This document shows, in pieces, positions 38,412-46,311 of a DNA stretch of 64,000 nt. Source of the DNA: a virus; the UHGV virus genome UHGV-0017507. One strand, written 5' to 3'. Each line of letters opens with the position of its first letter. The first letter of the stretch is position 1. A model generated the notes under the pieces. The model worked only from the letters and a program-made list of their open reading frames with translations, had not been told where the DNA came from and made no database searches. The translations under genes and the position numbers were made by a program.

Positions 38412-38760
38412 TATCACAATCAACTATACCAACCCCATCCACTCTAACCCTCCTTCCCTTCCCTTACTTTCCATTCTTTCCTAAGTATCTTTTAGATACT
38501 AACACACCACCCCACACTACAATCATTACTACATTACACCATTAATCATACTACACATAAAAACATCTACACCACGTCATATAATTCTTGAAACTACTTT
38601 TTCCATCATTCATCATACTATCATTCTTTCCCTTTCCTTTACTCTTTACCTTAGTATCTTCTTTACTATCTAATATAATATCAATAACTATATTACATTA
38701 CTACTCTTATCGCTTTTCCCTTATTCATCTTATACAAGTATATACATTGAATAACTATTC
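38412..38760. repeat. Tract of about 350 nt with almost no G on the plus strand (A/C/T only).
   Basis: Manual count finds about 8 G in about 349 nt, with long CCCTTCCCTT and CCACCCCACAC runs. A G-rich stretch at about 38090-38330 precedes it. Confidence 0.7.
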
Positions 38761-39241
38761 AAATATCTATCTTATTTTAAATATTGCAATTTTATTTTGA
38801 ATATTAAGGCCGTTTTTAATAGGTTCGTGTGAATATCTCAACCTTATAAATATACAAAATCGAGTTAAGGCCGAGGGAATATAATTACTAGGGTCCAGGC
38901 TAGAAACGATTCTAGGGGCTTTAAAACGCGAAATAGGCCGTATTTGTATTACGGACATATTGTACACGATAAAAAGACATAATTATAAAGCTGGGCCATA
39001 ATGCAAAGGCGGCTTATTATATTTATATAGTATTGAAACATACACAAAAAAGTTTTTATTTTTTGTCTATTCTGTCAATTGCAATATGATGGGGCCGGGT
39101 GTAAGATAAAGCCACAATCAAACAAAGGAACAACAAGGAGGTAAAAATGATTTATTACTATGTTGGGGCCGTGACGGTCTGCATTATGGGATGTAAATTG
39201 CTGTTTTGGGTTCTGGATAAGATTGAAGGAGGAAAAAAGTA

Positions 39242-39562
39242 ATGAAAAAATATTTTATCGTTCCTGGCAATTTTGCTAATCAATATTCTTTGTTTTGGAC
39301 TACGGATGCGGGTATGTATCCGGACGCTGCAAGCTATGAACACAAGTTCAACACCGCTGAATTTTTAGAGAAATACCCGCAAGCCGAACAAATCACCCGG
39401 GAAAAAGCTATTGCATACGCAAGGGCCGAACGCAAGCGGCGCAAGGAAAACGGGGCTTTTTCTGGATACGCTGATACATATATTCACCCGTACGGGGCAG
39501 CGTGGCATAATCCAGAATACGCATATTTACATACTGACAGCACTGGCGTTATTGTGGAGTAA
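39242..39562 (+). CDS. Small protein in the GC-rich island.
   Basis: RBS GGAGGAAAAAAGT. Preceded by a 27-aa TM micro-ORF at 39158-39241. Confidence 0.4.
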   Translation: MKKYFIVPGNFANQYSLFWTTDAGMYPDAASYEHKFNTAEFLEKYPQAEQITREKAIAYARAERKRRKENGAFSGYADTYIHPYGAAWHNPEYAYLHTDSTGVIVE

Positions 39563-39575
39563 GGGGGGTTATTTT

Positions 39576-39761
39576 ATGCTAATTCGAAAAGATATTGAAG
39601 CAATCTTTTCTACGCCTGAACTTTGGCAGGCATTCCATGATTTAGAAGAGTTATACCATTACCGGCGTAGCAGTCCAGAGATGAACGCAAGATATAAGGC
39701 TGCTTTCCGCATATTTAAAACACAAGTAGAAGGGAGCAAGGGCCAAATTATCCCATTCTAA
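39576..39761 (+). CDS. Small island protein.
   Basis: ATG after GGGGGGTTATTTT, 61 aa. The ORF 39411..39761 in the track is an overlap artefact of this gene. Confidence 0.3.
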   Translation: MLIRKDIEAIFSTPELWQAFHDLEELYHYRRSSPEMNARYKAAFRIFKTQVEGSKGQIIPF

Positions 39762-39879
39762 CATATTCACTAAAAAACTTTTCAAATCTTGTGCAAAATG
39801 CCTATTGCAAAATCCTTTGGGATTTGGTATCATACAATTACAGCAAGGAACAAAATAATTTTTTTGGAGGTAAATAAAA

Positions 39880-40274
39880 TGTCTGAACGTTATGATTATT
39901 TGGAGCAAGTCACAAGTGATGCAAAAGAAGCCATTATGGAGAGCATGAGCGAATGGGACTTTGATGACCGGGACGAGTTGGAACAGGTCGCAAATGATGA
40001 ATTATGGACAGACGATAGCGTGACTGGGAACGCAAGCGGGAGTTATTATTGCAACGCTTGGAAAGCAGAAGAAGCGCTTTGCCACAATTGGGATTTACTG
40101 GAAGAAGCTATTGACGCGCTGGGCGGCGACAAGGATATTTTAAAGGAGGGGGCTGAGGCTTGTGATGTTACTATCCGGTGTTACCTGTTAGGGCAAGCCA
40201 TTAGCGCAGCATTGGACGAGCTGGAGGAAAAGGGGAAAATCAGCTATCCGGCAGACGATGAAGAGGAAGAATAA
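39880..40274 (+). CDS. Highly acidic small protein, a candidate DNA mimic or anti-restriction protein.
   Basis: 131 aa with a very high Asp/Glu content and a poly-E C-terminus. It has its own TTGCAA-N17-TATCAT promoter at about 39810-39838 and the RBS GGAGGTAAATAAA. Confidence 0.4.
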
Positions 40275-40347
40275 AACAAGCGGCTTTCTAAGGGGTTTGA
40301 ACCTATCAAGCCCCATTCCAGAAATGTTTTTAGGGGGGTAAAATTAT

Positions 40348-40575
40348 ATGTATTTTATCAATGAAAAAGCCGGGGCAATGTCAACTAACGGAATGCCGGT
40401 TAACTTTGAAAAGGGGTTGCCCGCCTTATATCGAGCACAAGGCGCGAACCCTGATAGAAAAATTATTATCTGGCGAGATGTGAATAAAAATATTCATATC
40501 GAAACTTTATATAACAATGCTGAAAAAATTATTGAAGCTGTAAAAAAGTTTGAAAATGGAGAAGAATATTATTAA
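40348..40575 (+). CDS. Small island protein.
   Basis: ORF with the RBS GGGGGGTAAAAT. Confidence 0.35.
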   Translation: MYFINEKAGAMSTNGMPVNFEKGLPALYRAQGANPDRKIIIWRDVNKNIHIETLYNNAEKIIEAVKKFENGEEYY

Positions 40576-40605
40576 ACAAAAAAATAAAAAAGATTAGAGG
40601 CTTCC

Positions 40606-40632
40606 GGGCCTCTTTTCTTTTTGCCTGTTCCC
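40606..40632 (+). terminator. Rho-independent terminator.
   Basis: AGAGGC-TTCCGG-GCCTCT hairpin followed by TTTTCTTT. Confidence 0.55.
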
Positions 40633-40897
40633 TATAAAAATCAATAAGAAATGGCCCTGTAAACGCTTCTGCGTCGTTTGCCGTATGTTTTCACGTCTGA
40701 CGCTGGAAGGGCTACAAAGGGCCTTAAAATGCGTTATAGAGGTATTGCTAAAATAAGCCGTTGTTTTGTTGCTTTTGCAACAGTGAAAACGTCTAAAAAT
40801 TTTTTGAGTTTTCGTGTAGTTTAACTATTGCAATCTGCTACGGGGTATGGTATATTATGACCATAGCAAGAGGAAATAAAACAAGGAGGCAAATAAA

Positions 40898-41134
40898 ATG
40901 CGAATTTTGAAAAGTGGTAGTAACAAGGGTTGTTCTGAATTTTATTTTTCTATCGGTTTTAATCTGGACGATTGGTTTAATGAGGTGCGCTGCGCAAGCT
41001 ATGAAAAATCTATCCCCCAAGCCGTGGAAATGACGGCAGAAGAGTTTGGCGAAAGCGTGGAGGGTGTAAGCGTGCGCAAGATCAGGACCAACACGGGGCG
41101 CGTTATGTGGGAAAAGTCTGGGGCGGAATTTTAA
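40898..41134 (+). CDS. Small island protein.
   Basis: Own TTGCAA-N17-TATATT promoter at about 40828-40856. RBS AGGAGGCAAATAAA. Confidence 0.4.
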   Translation: MRILKSGSNKGCSEFYFSIGFNLDDWFNEVRCASYEKSIPQAVEMTAEEFGESVEGVSVRKIRTNTGRVMWEKSGAEF

Positions 41135-41262
41135 GGTAGAAAGTGGGGCTTATTAAACTTGCACAAAAAATTTATAAAACTTTGTGCAAGTTAACGATTG
41201 CGTTTTTGCTGGCGTAGTGGTATTCTATACTTGTCCCAAGGGACAGAAAGGAAGTAAAAAGT

Positions 41263-41409
41263 ATGAAAACAGAATTTTACACTTGTTGCGCGTGTAGCCG
41301 GGTTTTTGAAAAAAGGGAGGCTCAGGTTCCTGATGGGTATAAATGCCCCCGGTGTTTTGTATGGCTAGAATTGGGAATTGATGGGAAAACTACCGAAAAG
41401 AGACGATGA
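41263..41409 (+). CDS. 48-aa zinc-ribbon peptide.
   Basis: CCAC...CPRC. RBS AAGGAAGTAAAAAGT. Confidence 0.35.
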   Translation: MKTEFYTCCACSRVFEKREAQVPDGYKCPRCFVWLELGIDGKTTEKRR

Positions 41410-41414
41410 AAAGA

Positions 41415-41443
41415 GGGGGCGGGCTTCGGCCCGTTCCCTTTTG
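41415..41443 (+). terminator. Rho-independent terminator.
   Basis: GC stem CGGGC-TTCG-GCCCG, extended by GGG/CCC, then TTTT. Confidence 0.55.
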
Positions 41444-41587
41444 CCCAGGCACTTCATCATGGTAAAGCACTACCGCGCTACCGTGTTATCACTTCACCTC
41501 GCTAAAGTGGTAAAGTATTAAAGTATAAAATTTTTCATTTTTCCCCACGTAGCGTACGCATTAAGCATTTTTCCCATTTTTCCCAGC

Positions 41588-42048
41588 GATATTGTATATG
41601 TATATATAGATATATGTATCTATGTGTATATAAGTATATAGATGTATGTATAGATAGATGGATTAAAGTAGATATGAATGGGTGTATGCGTATATAGAGT
41701 TTAAATAGGACTTATAGGTAAAGAAAAAGATTAGAAAAATTGATTGATTAGATGAGTTTATAAGAAAGATGAGAAAAGTATAAGGCAGATAATAAAAGTG
41801 GCAAATAAAGTGGGTAAATCAATAAGTTTATTTATGCTAGTCTGTTTATATATTGATAGGCTGTCAAGGTTGTATATAGAAGGGGTTTAAAAGAATATCA
41901 TTAGATTGATAGATTGATGGAAGAATTAAGATGTATGGAGCATGAATAATGTTGAAGTTGTAAATGAAATTGTATGTGTAAATGATAATGTGTATGTATG
42001 TGTGAATGGATATGTAGATGAACGAATAAATGAATAGATAAATTTGTG
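41588..42048. repeat. Tract of about 460 nt with almost no C on the plus strand (A/G/T only), made of GTAT, GATA and AATG-type low-complexity units.
   Basis: Manual count finds about 13 C in about 461 nt. It is preceded by three copies of CATTTTTCCC. Confidence 0.7.
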
Positions 42049-42049
42049 C

Positions 42050-42078
42050 TTGACAAATAAAAAAAGATGAGTTATAAT
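42050..42078 (+). promoter_or_regulatory. Consensus sigma70 promoter for the lysin gene.
   Basis: TTGACA-N17-TATAAT. Confidence 0.55.
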
Positions 42079-42156
42079 CTAGGTATATCAGATGAGCCAG
42101 AAAATTGATTTTGAAAATCGAGTATGGAATTTAAATTAGAAAAGAGATAGAAGAAA

Positions 42157-42864
42157 ATGAATCATAAAATCTTAATCCAAATTTTAGTTTTGTTAATTGG
42201 AATTGAATTTTTTCAAATCGGAATTGAGTTTCATAAACTGAATCAAGAAATCGATAATCAAAAACGAATTGAGAAAACTCAAATCAAAACCCCAGTTGCA
42301 AAATCGATTTTTGAAATTGAGAATGGCCCGGTTGTGGGTGATGATATTGAAGCTGATGGTTGGGCTGGGAGTTTAGATTTAGATGTTCAGAATCAGATTT
42401 TTGAGGAGAGTTTAGTAGAATATTCTGCTTCACCCAAATCTAAATTTTATAATCTATCTGATGAAGATCGATATGTAATTGAGTGCATTATAGCTGGCGA
42501 GGCCAAAGGTGAATCCATGGAAGGCAAAATGGCTGTTGCGCAATGCTTGCTTAATGCTATGGCTAAAGATGGCTTGTCTGCATCTGAAGTACGGAAACAA
42601 TATCAATATTCGGGTTGGGATGATAAATTGCAAAATTCAAATCCAGAATGTTGGAATAAAGTCTGTGAGGCTGTAAGCCGTGTCTTTGACGATGGCGAAT
42701 TTGTATCAGATAATCCAATTCTGTATTTCTATGCGCCTAAGTGGGTGAAAAGCAAGTGGCATGAAAGCCTGCCCAAAGATCAGGTGATTGGCGGGCATAG
42801 TTTTCATTACCTTGAAGAAGATGTAAATGCAGATTGGTTTGTGAATTTGAAAGGAGAAAATTGA
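42157..42864 (+). CDS. SleB/CwlJ-type cell-wall hydrolase (lysin) with an N-terminal signal-anchor.
   Basis: IAGEAKGESMEGKMAVAQCLLNAMAKDG matches the SleB-domain pattern AEARGE..GQ.AVA.V..NR. The N-terminus ILIQILVLLIGI is hydrophobic. Confidence 0.5.
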   Translation: MNHKILIQILVLLIGIEFFQIGIEFHKLNQEIDNQKRIEKTQIKTPVAKSIFEIENGPVVGDDIEADGWAGSLDLDVQNQIFEESLVEYSASPKSKFYNLSDEDRYVIECIIAGEAKGESMEGKMAVAQCLLNAMAKDGLSASEVRKQYQYSGWDDKLQNSNPECWNKVCEAVSRVFDDGEFVSDNPILYFYAPKWVKSKWHESLPKDQVIGGHSFHYLEEDVNADWFVNLKGEN

Positions 42865-42865
42865 A

Positions 42866-43279
42866 ATGGAAATTTGTAATTGTTATCATGAAGATTATGG
42901 CCAGGGTAGATGCTGGGGCACCAAAGACATGGAAATCTGTTATTGTCATGGCGAAAAAGAATATTGTGATTTTTATCCAGAAGTACGTAAGAAAGGAGAA
43001 AAGAAAATGAATACAGCTGAGATGTGGGTGAAGGCCCAGGAAGACGGTCAGATTTATATTAGTAGTGATATGGCCTATTCTAAATTTCATGGTTGGGTTT
43101 CAGTTGCAGATTTTAATGAGCCTTGTGGTCTAGCAGCTTTCACAGACTTTTCAGGGGACTCAGAAAATGCTAAATATGAATTGGACGATATTATGAATTT
43201 AGAATGGGTTAAGTATGACAAGCCTGTAATGACTCGTTCGGAAGCCGAAGAAAAATTTAATGTAAAAATTGTTGATTAA
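42866..43279 (+). CDS. Hypothetical protein with a Cys-rich N-terminus.
   Basis: An internal strong RBS GAAAGGAGAAAAGAAA lies before M at 43007, so the true product may be the 90-aa C-terminal part. Confidence 0.35.
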   Translation: MEICNCYHEDYGQGRCWGTKDMEICYCHGEKEYCDFYPEVRKKGEKKMNTAEMWVKAQEDGQIYISSDMAYSKFHGWVSVADFNEPCGLAAFTDFSGDSENAKYELDDIMNLEWVKYDKPVMTRSEAEEKFNVKIVD

Positions 43280-43282
43280 GTA

Positions 43283-43311
43283 TTGACATTTGATTATTGA
43301 TTTGATATAAT
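43283..43311 (+). promoter_or_regulatory. Consensus sigma70 promoter.
   Basis: TTGACA-N17-TATAAT with a TGa extension. Confidence 0.55.
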
Positions 43312-43353
43312 CTAATAAGGCCAATGGCCAAATTAAAATAAAGGAGATTTATT

Positions 43354-43814
43354 ATGGTAAGTTTTGAACCTTTTGTTAGTTCAGATTCTTTCTCAATGAG
43401 TACGTTTAACTCAAAACTGGGGGGGCATTTGGTAAAGTTGATGAGGCGATAGCAGCAGCGGGTAATTGTAAAATTGCTACTGGTAGTTATGTCGGAACTG
43501 GGAATTCATCTGGTAATAATGATAACCCTTTGTTTGCTGTAACTTTAAATATTGGTTTTGTACCAAAAATTGTATTTATATATAATAGTGATTTTAGTAG
43601 TGGTGCCGATGCTAATTTTTGTACCGTACTAATGGAAAATTTGTATTCTGCTGTTGGTTATCAGAATTTAATGTCGTTTTCCAGTGTACCAGGAGATAAT
43701 GCTAATATTGGTAAAATTACATCTTGGAATACAACCGTATCTTTTTATGGCAATAAATTAACTTATGTCCCTAATAGCTCTAATGTAACTTATAAATGGG
43801 TTGCTCTAGGCTAA
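43354..43814 (+). pseudogene. ORF of about 153 aa split by a G7 homopolymer at 43419-43425. Either frameshifted, phase-variable, or a sequencing slip.
   Basis: Frame 1 reads MVSFEPFVSSDSFSMSTFNSKLGG and stops 9 codons after the G-run. The -1 frame then continues AFGKVDEAIAAAGNCK... to 43814. A one-base change in the G-run fuses them. Confidence 0.4.
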
Positions 43815-43836
43815 AAAAATAAATATCCAAAACCTC

Positions 43837-43865
43837 TTGACAACTTTCAATCCTTATGATATAAT
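43837..43865 (+). promoter_or_regulatory. Consensus sigma70 promoter.
   Basis: TTGACA-N17-TATAAT with a TGa extension. Confidence 0.55.
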
Positions 43866-43894
43866 CAACACATCAAAACAAAGGAGATATACAA

Positions 43895-44101
43895 ATGATT
43901 TTTGGAACAACCATTAAGGCCCCTTGTAAAGATTGTGTTGATAGATGCTCTGGGTGCCATGGTAAGTGTGAAGCTTATAAATCCTTCCGAACAAAAGTTG
44001 ATAATGATCATGCTGTTCGCAATGCTATCGCGAAAGAAAATCGGGACGTGTTCATGAGTATGCACAAAATGACTCGGGCCAGAGTTTTAGATGGATTTTA
44101 A
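43895..44101 (+). CDS. Small Cys-rich protein, a possible regulator.
   Basis: 68 aa with CKDC...CSGCHGKC. RBS AAAGGAGATATACAA. Confidence 0.4.
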   Translation: MIFGTTIKAPCKDCVDRCSGCHGKCEAYKSFRTKVDNDHAVRNAIAKENRDVFMSMHKMTRARVLDGF

Positions 44102-44119
44102 AAAATCTAAAAATAAGGG

Positions 44120-44148
44120 TTGACAAAGCCAAGATTGTGTGGTAGAAT
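44120..44148 (+). promoter_or_regulatory. Promoter of the tRNA and long noncoding region.
   Basis: TTGACA-N17-TAGAAT with a TGg extension. It closely matches the integrase promoter (tgtggTAGAAT versus tgtggTAGACT). Confidence 0.5.
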
Positions 44149-44194
44149 CTAATCAAGATAAAGGTTTGCGGTGAACCTAAAAAACCGCTAACTT

Positions 44195-44271
44195 CCTCAC
44201 GCAGCTCAATTGGTTTGAGCATCCGACTTATAATCGGAAGATTGTGTGTTCGAGCCACACCGTGAGGCCCA
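44195..44271 (+). tRNA. tRNA with anticodon UAU (Ile, reads AUA) and an encoded CCA.
   Basis: Manual cloverleaf: acceptor CCTCACG/CGTGAGG, D stem GCTC/GAGC, anticodon stem TCCGA/TCGGA with loop CTTATAA, T stem GTGTG/CACAC with loop TTCGAGC, discriminator C, then CCA. Confidence 0.65.
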
Positions 44272-45225
44272 AAGACCCGGTTCTTTTTATTACTTTATTG
44301 ATGGGTCTATAAAGATAGCGATAAAGTGAGGCCATAATCCAATTGGTAGTAGAGGATATGGTGAATGTTGAACTACCACACTCGAATGGCTGGTGAGAGT
44401 ATAAACAATCCAGCTACCAGACCGCCTATTGGGGTTCTCGTGTTTTATGTTTTAAGTTGAGAGACTATAAAAACTCTCACACTAAATCGACTGACCCATA
44501 GTTGATGAAAGAGAACGAGGTCACATATCCCCGTGAAAGTAGGATGGCGGGGCAACAAATCCCACGCTTGGTTGTGCATGATGTTGCTAACAGCAATGAC
44601 GTACATTGGGTTTTATCAAACCAAGCATGAACATGACCGAGGATGCGGAGAATTGTGGTAGGGTGAAAGCGCTTTTGGCCAAAGCGTGTAGGTCATGTTT
44701 GATTATGGAAAACGATAGTGCATGAGCTTGAGTTTTCCTTTGTTTCCTTTCTGTTTTAGAAGGTGGCTTCTTCTATAATCCTCATACTCGCTACCTAGTG
44801 CCAGCAGGTTGGATGAATAAAGGCGAGTTTAAATATCCCCCAGTGCCGCAGCTAGTTGAGACGGAACGGTCTTAAAAACCGTTACATTAGAAACATCGTG
44901 GGCGCACATCCCACCTGGGGGACCAACCATTCGTCTGAGCTAACCACTAGGAGGGCGAAACTTGTTGCAGTAAGGTTAGACTGGTGAACAAGCGGTGTTA
45001 GTGCTCGTAGACGCATACTTACAGTTCGATAGAGTTCTGGGTTCCTGTGTCATAGCAAGTTGCTACACTCTCATCTTTAGTCCGTTAAGCTAAAACTATT
45101 GGCTTCTCAAGGGTTGAGCCTATCAGCCCTATCCCAAGGCCATGTTAGGCATGGCATGGCCGACCTCCTATTTCATATATGTACTTCCTTTCGCCACAGC
45201 CTCGAATTTGTTTAGAAAAAACTCT
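44272..45225 (+). ncRNA. Candidate large structured noncoding RNA of about 950 nt, of the GOLLD/ROOL-like class adjacent to the tRNA.
   Basis: No ORF of 60 aa or more on the plus strand. Visibly higher GC than the flanks. Many exact helices: 44344-50 with 44372-78; 44566-73 with 44629-36, nested over 44584-88 with 44592-96; 44670-75 with 44681-86; 45138-44 with 45155-61. Lies between the tRNA and the integrase promoter. Confidence 0.4.
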
Positions 45226-45253
45226 TGACAAGTTCGAGGCTTTGTGGTAGACT
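45225..45253 (+). promoter_or_regulatory. Integrase promoter.
   Basis: TTGACA-N17-TAGACT with a TGg extension. Confidence 0.5.
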
Positions 45254-45279
45254 AAGGGCAAATCAAGGAGGTAATTAAA

Positions 45280-46119
45280 ATGATTGAAGCTTATACGAAT
45301 TATATGAAGTCTGAAAAGATGAGCGCCAATACGATGCGTGGCTATACCAATCACATCAATCAGATGCTTAGCATGGTCAATAAGCCTGAGTCTGAGATTA
45401 GTTATCTGGATTTGATTAATTGGAAGGCCAATATTAGTAATCAGGCCAGCGCTACAATCGCTAATAAAGTTGCCGCTATTAAGAGTTATTTTCAGTTTTT
45501 GGCTAACGCTGGTATTGTTGCTAACGACCCCAGTAAGAATCTCAAGCGGCCCGATCATATCAAGAATAAAGAAAAACCCTATATCAATGAAAATGATGCT
45601 AAATTACTGATTAAGTATGCACGGACATTTAGAGATAAGGCTATGTTTAAGTTCCTGCTGTCTACTGGCGTTCGGTTCTGTGAGATGGCCAATATTACGA
45701 TTGAGCAGTACAAAAAAGCCATAGAGAGCAACAGAGAGATTGATTTGGCTGTGACTAAGGGAGATAAAGGCGGCAAGATTTATGTAAACCAGTCTACCGA
45801 GGAGGCCATTACCACCTATCTTCGTACAAGAGATGATAATTGCCCTTATTTGTTCGCCTCTTTTACGGGAAATAAACTCAGTGACAATTGTGTGTCTCAT
45901 ACCATCAAGTCCACTGCAAGACGGGCCGGATTAAGTTATTGGAATGATCTTAGTTGTCATTGTCTGAGAGCCGCTTGTGCTACTATTATGAGCGATAAGA
46001 ATGTGCCTGTGGCCACTATTAGTAAGGTCTTACGTCATAGCTCTTTGGCTGTGACTACAAGATATATCAAGACAAGTCAGGATAATATCAATAATGCTAC
46101 AGCATTGATGGAATTTTAA
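45280..46119 (+). CDS. Tyrosine recombinase / integrase (XerD-like, 279 aa).
   Basis: Box I GVRFCEM, box II HCLRAA, and C-terminal LRHSSLAVTTRYI with the catalytic Tyr. N-terminal SAM-like domain. Confidence 0.7.
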   Translation: MIEAYTNYMKSEKMSANTMRGYTNHINQMLSMVNKPESEISYLDLINWKANISNQASATIANKVAAIKSYFQFLANAGIVANDPSKNLKRPDHIKNKEKPYINENDAKLLIKYARTFRDKAMFKFLLSTGVRFCEMANITIEQYKKAIESNREIDLAVTKGDKGGKIYVNQSTEEAITTYLRTRDDNCPYLFASFTGNKLSDNCVSHTIKSTARRAGLSYWNDLSCHCLRAACATIMSDKNVPVATISKVLRHSSLAVTTRYIKTSQDNINNATALMEF

Positions 46120-46311
46120 GGAGGTAAATTATGAAAGATAAGATTGCTCAGATAATTTATGATTATCTCGATTAGGCATATTGTGATAATTGTCGATATG
46201 GTTCTGAATTACCAGAAAAATGCGATTATTGTCATCGCAAAAGTATTAATTGGGAAATTAGTAAAGAAACGGCAGAGGTTATTGCCGATAGAATTATGGA
46301 GGTTGTTAGAT

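Noticed and set aside
38412-38760. H-DNA or triplex-forming homopurine-homopyrimidine tract.
   Set aside because: The G-depleted strand still contains abundant A, so it is not homopyrimidine and lacks mirror-repeat symmetry.
44272-45225. tmRNA, RNase P RNA, or a group I/II intron as the identity of the structured region.
   Set aside because: No tRNA-like 3' end with a GGTTCGAATCC-type T-loop and no tag-peptide ORF for tmRNA. No P4-type GGAAAGTCCGG or ACAGAA motifs for RNase P. It interrupts no ORF and has no reverse transcriptase or domain V consensus for an intron.
45145-45900. Minus-strand ORFs 45145..45558, 45579..45776 and 45604..45900 overlapping the integrase.
   Set aside because: They are antisense to a complete tyrosine recombinase with all catalytic residues. 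They have no RBS.
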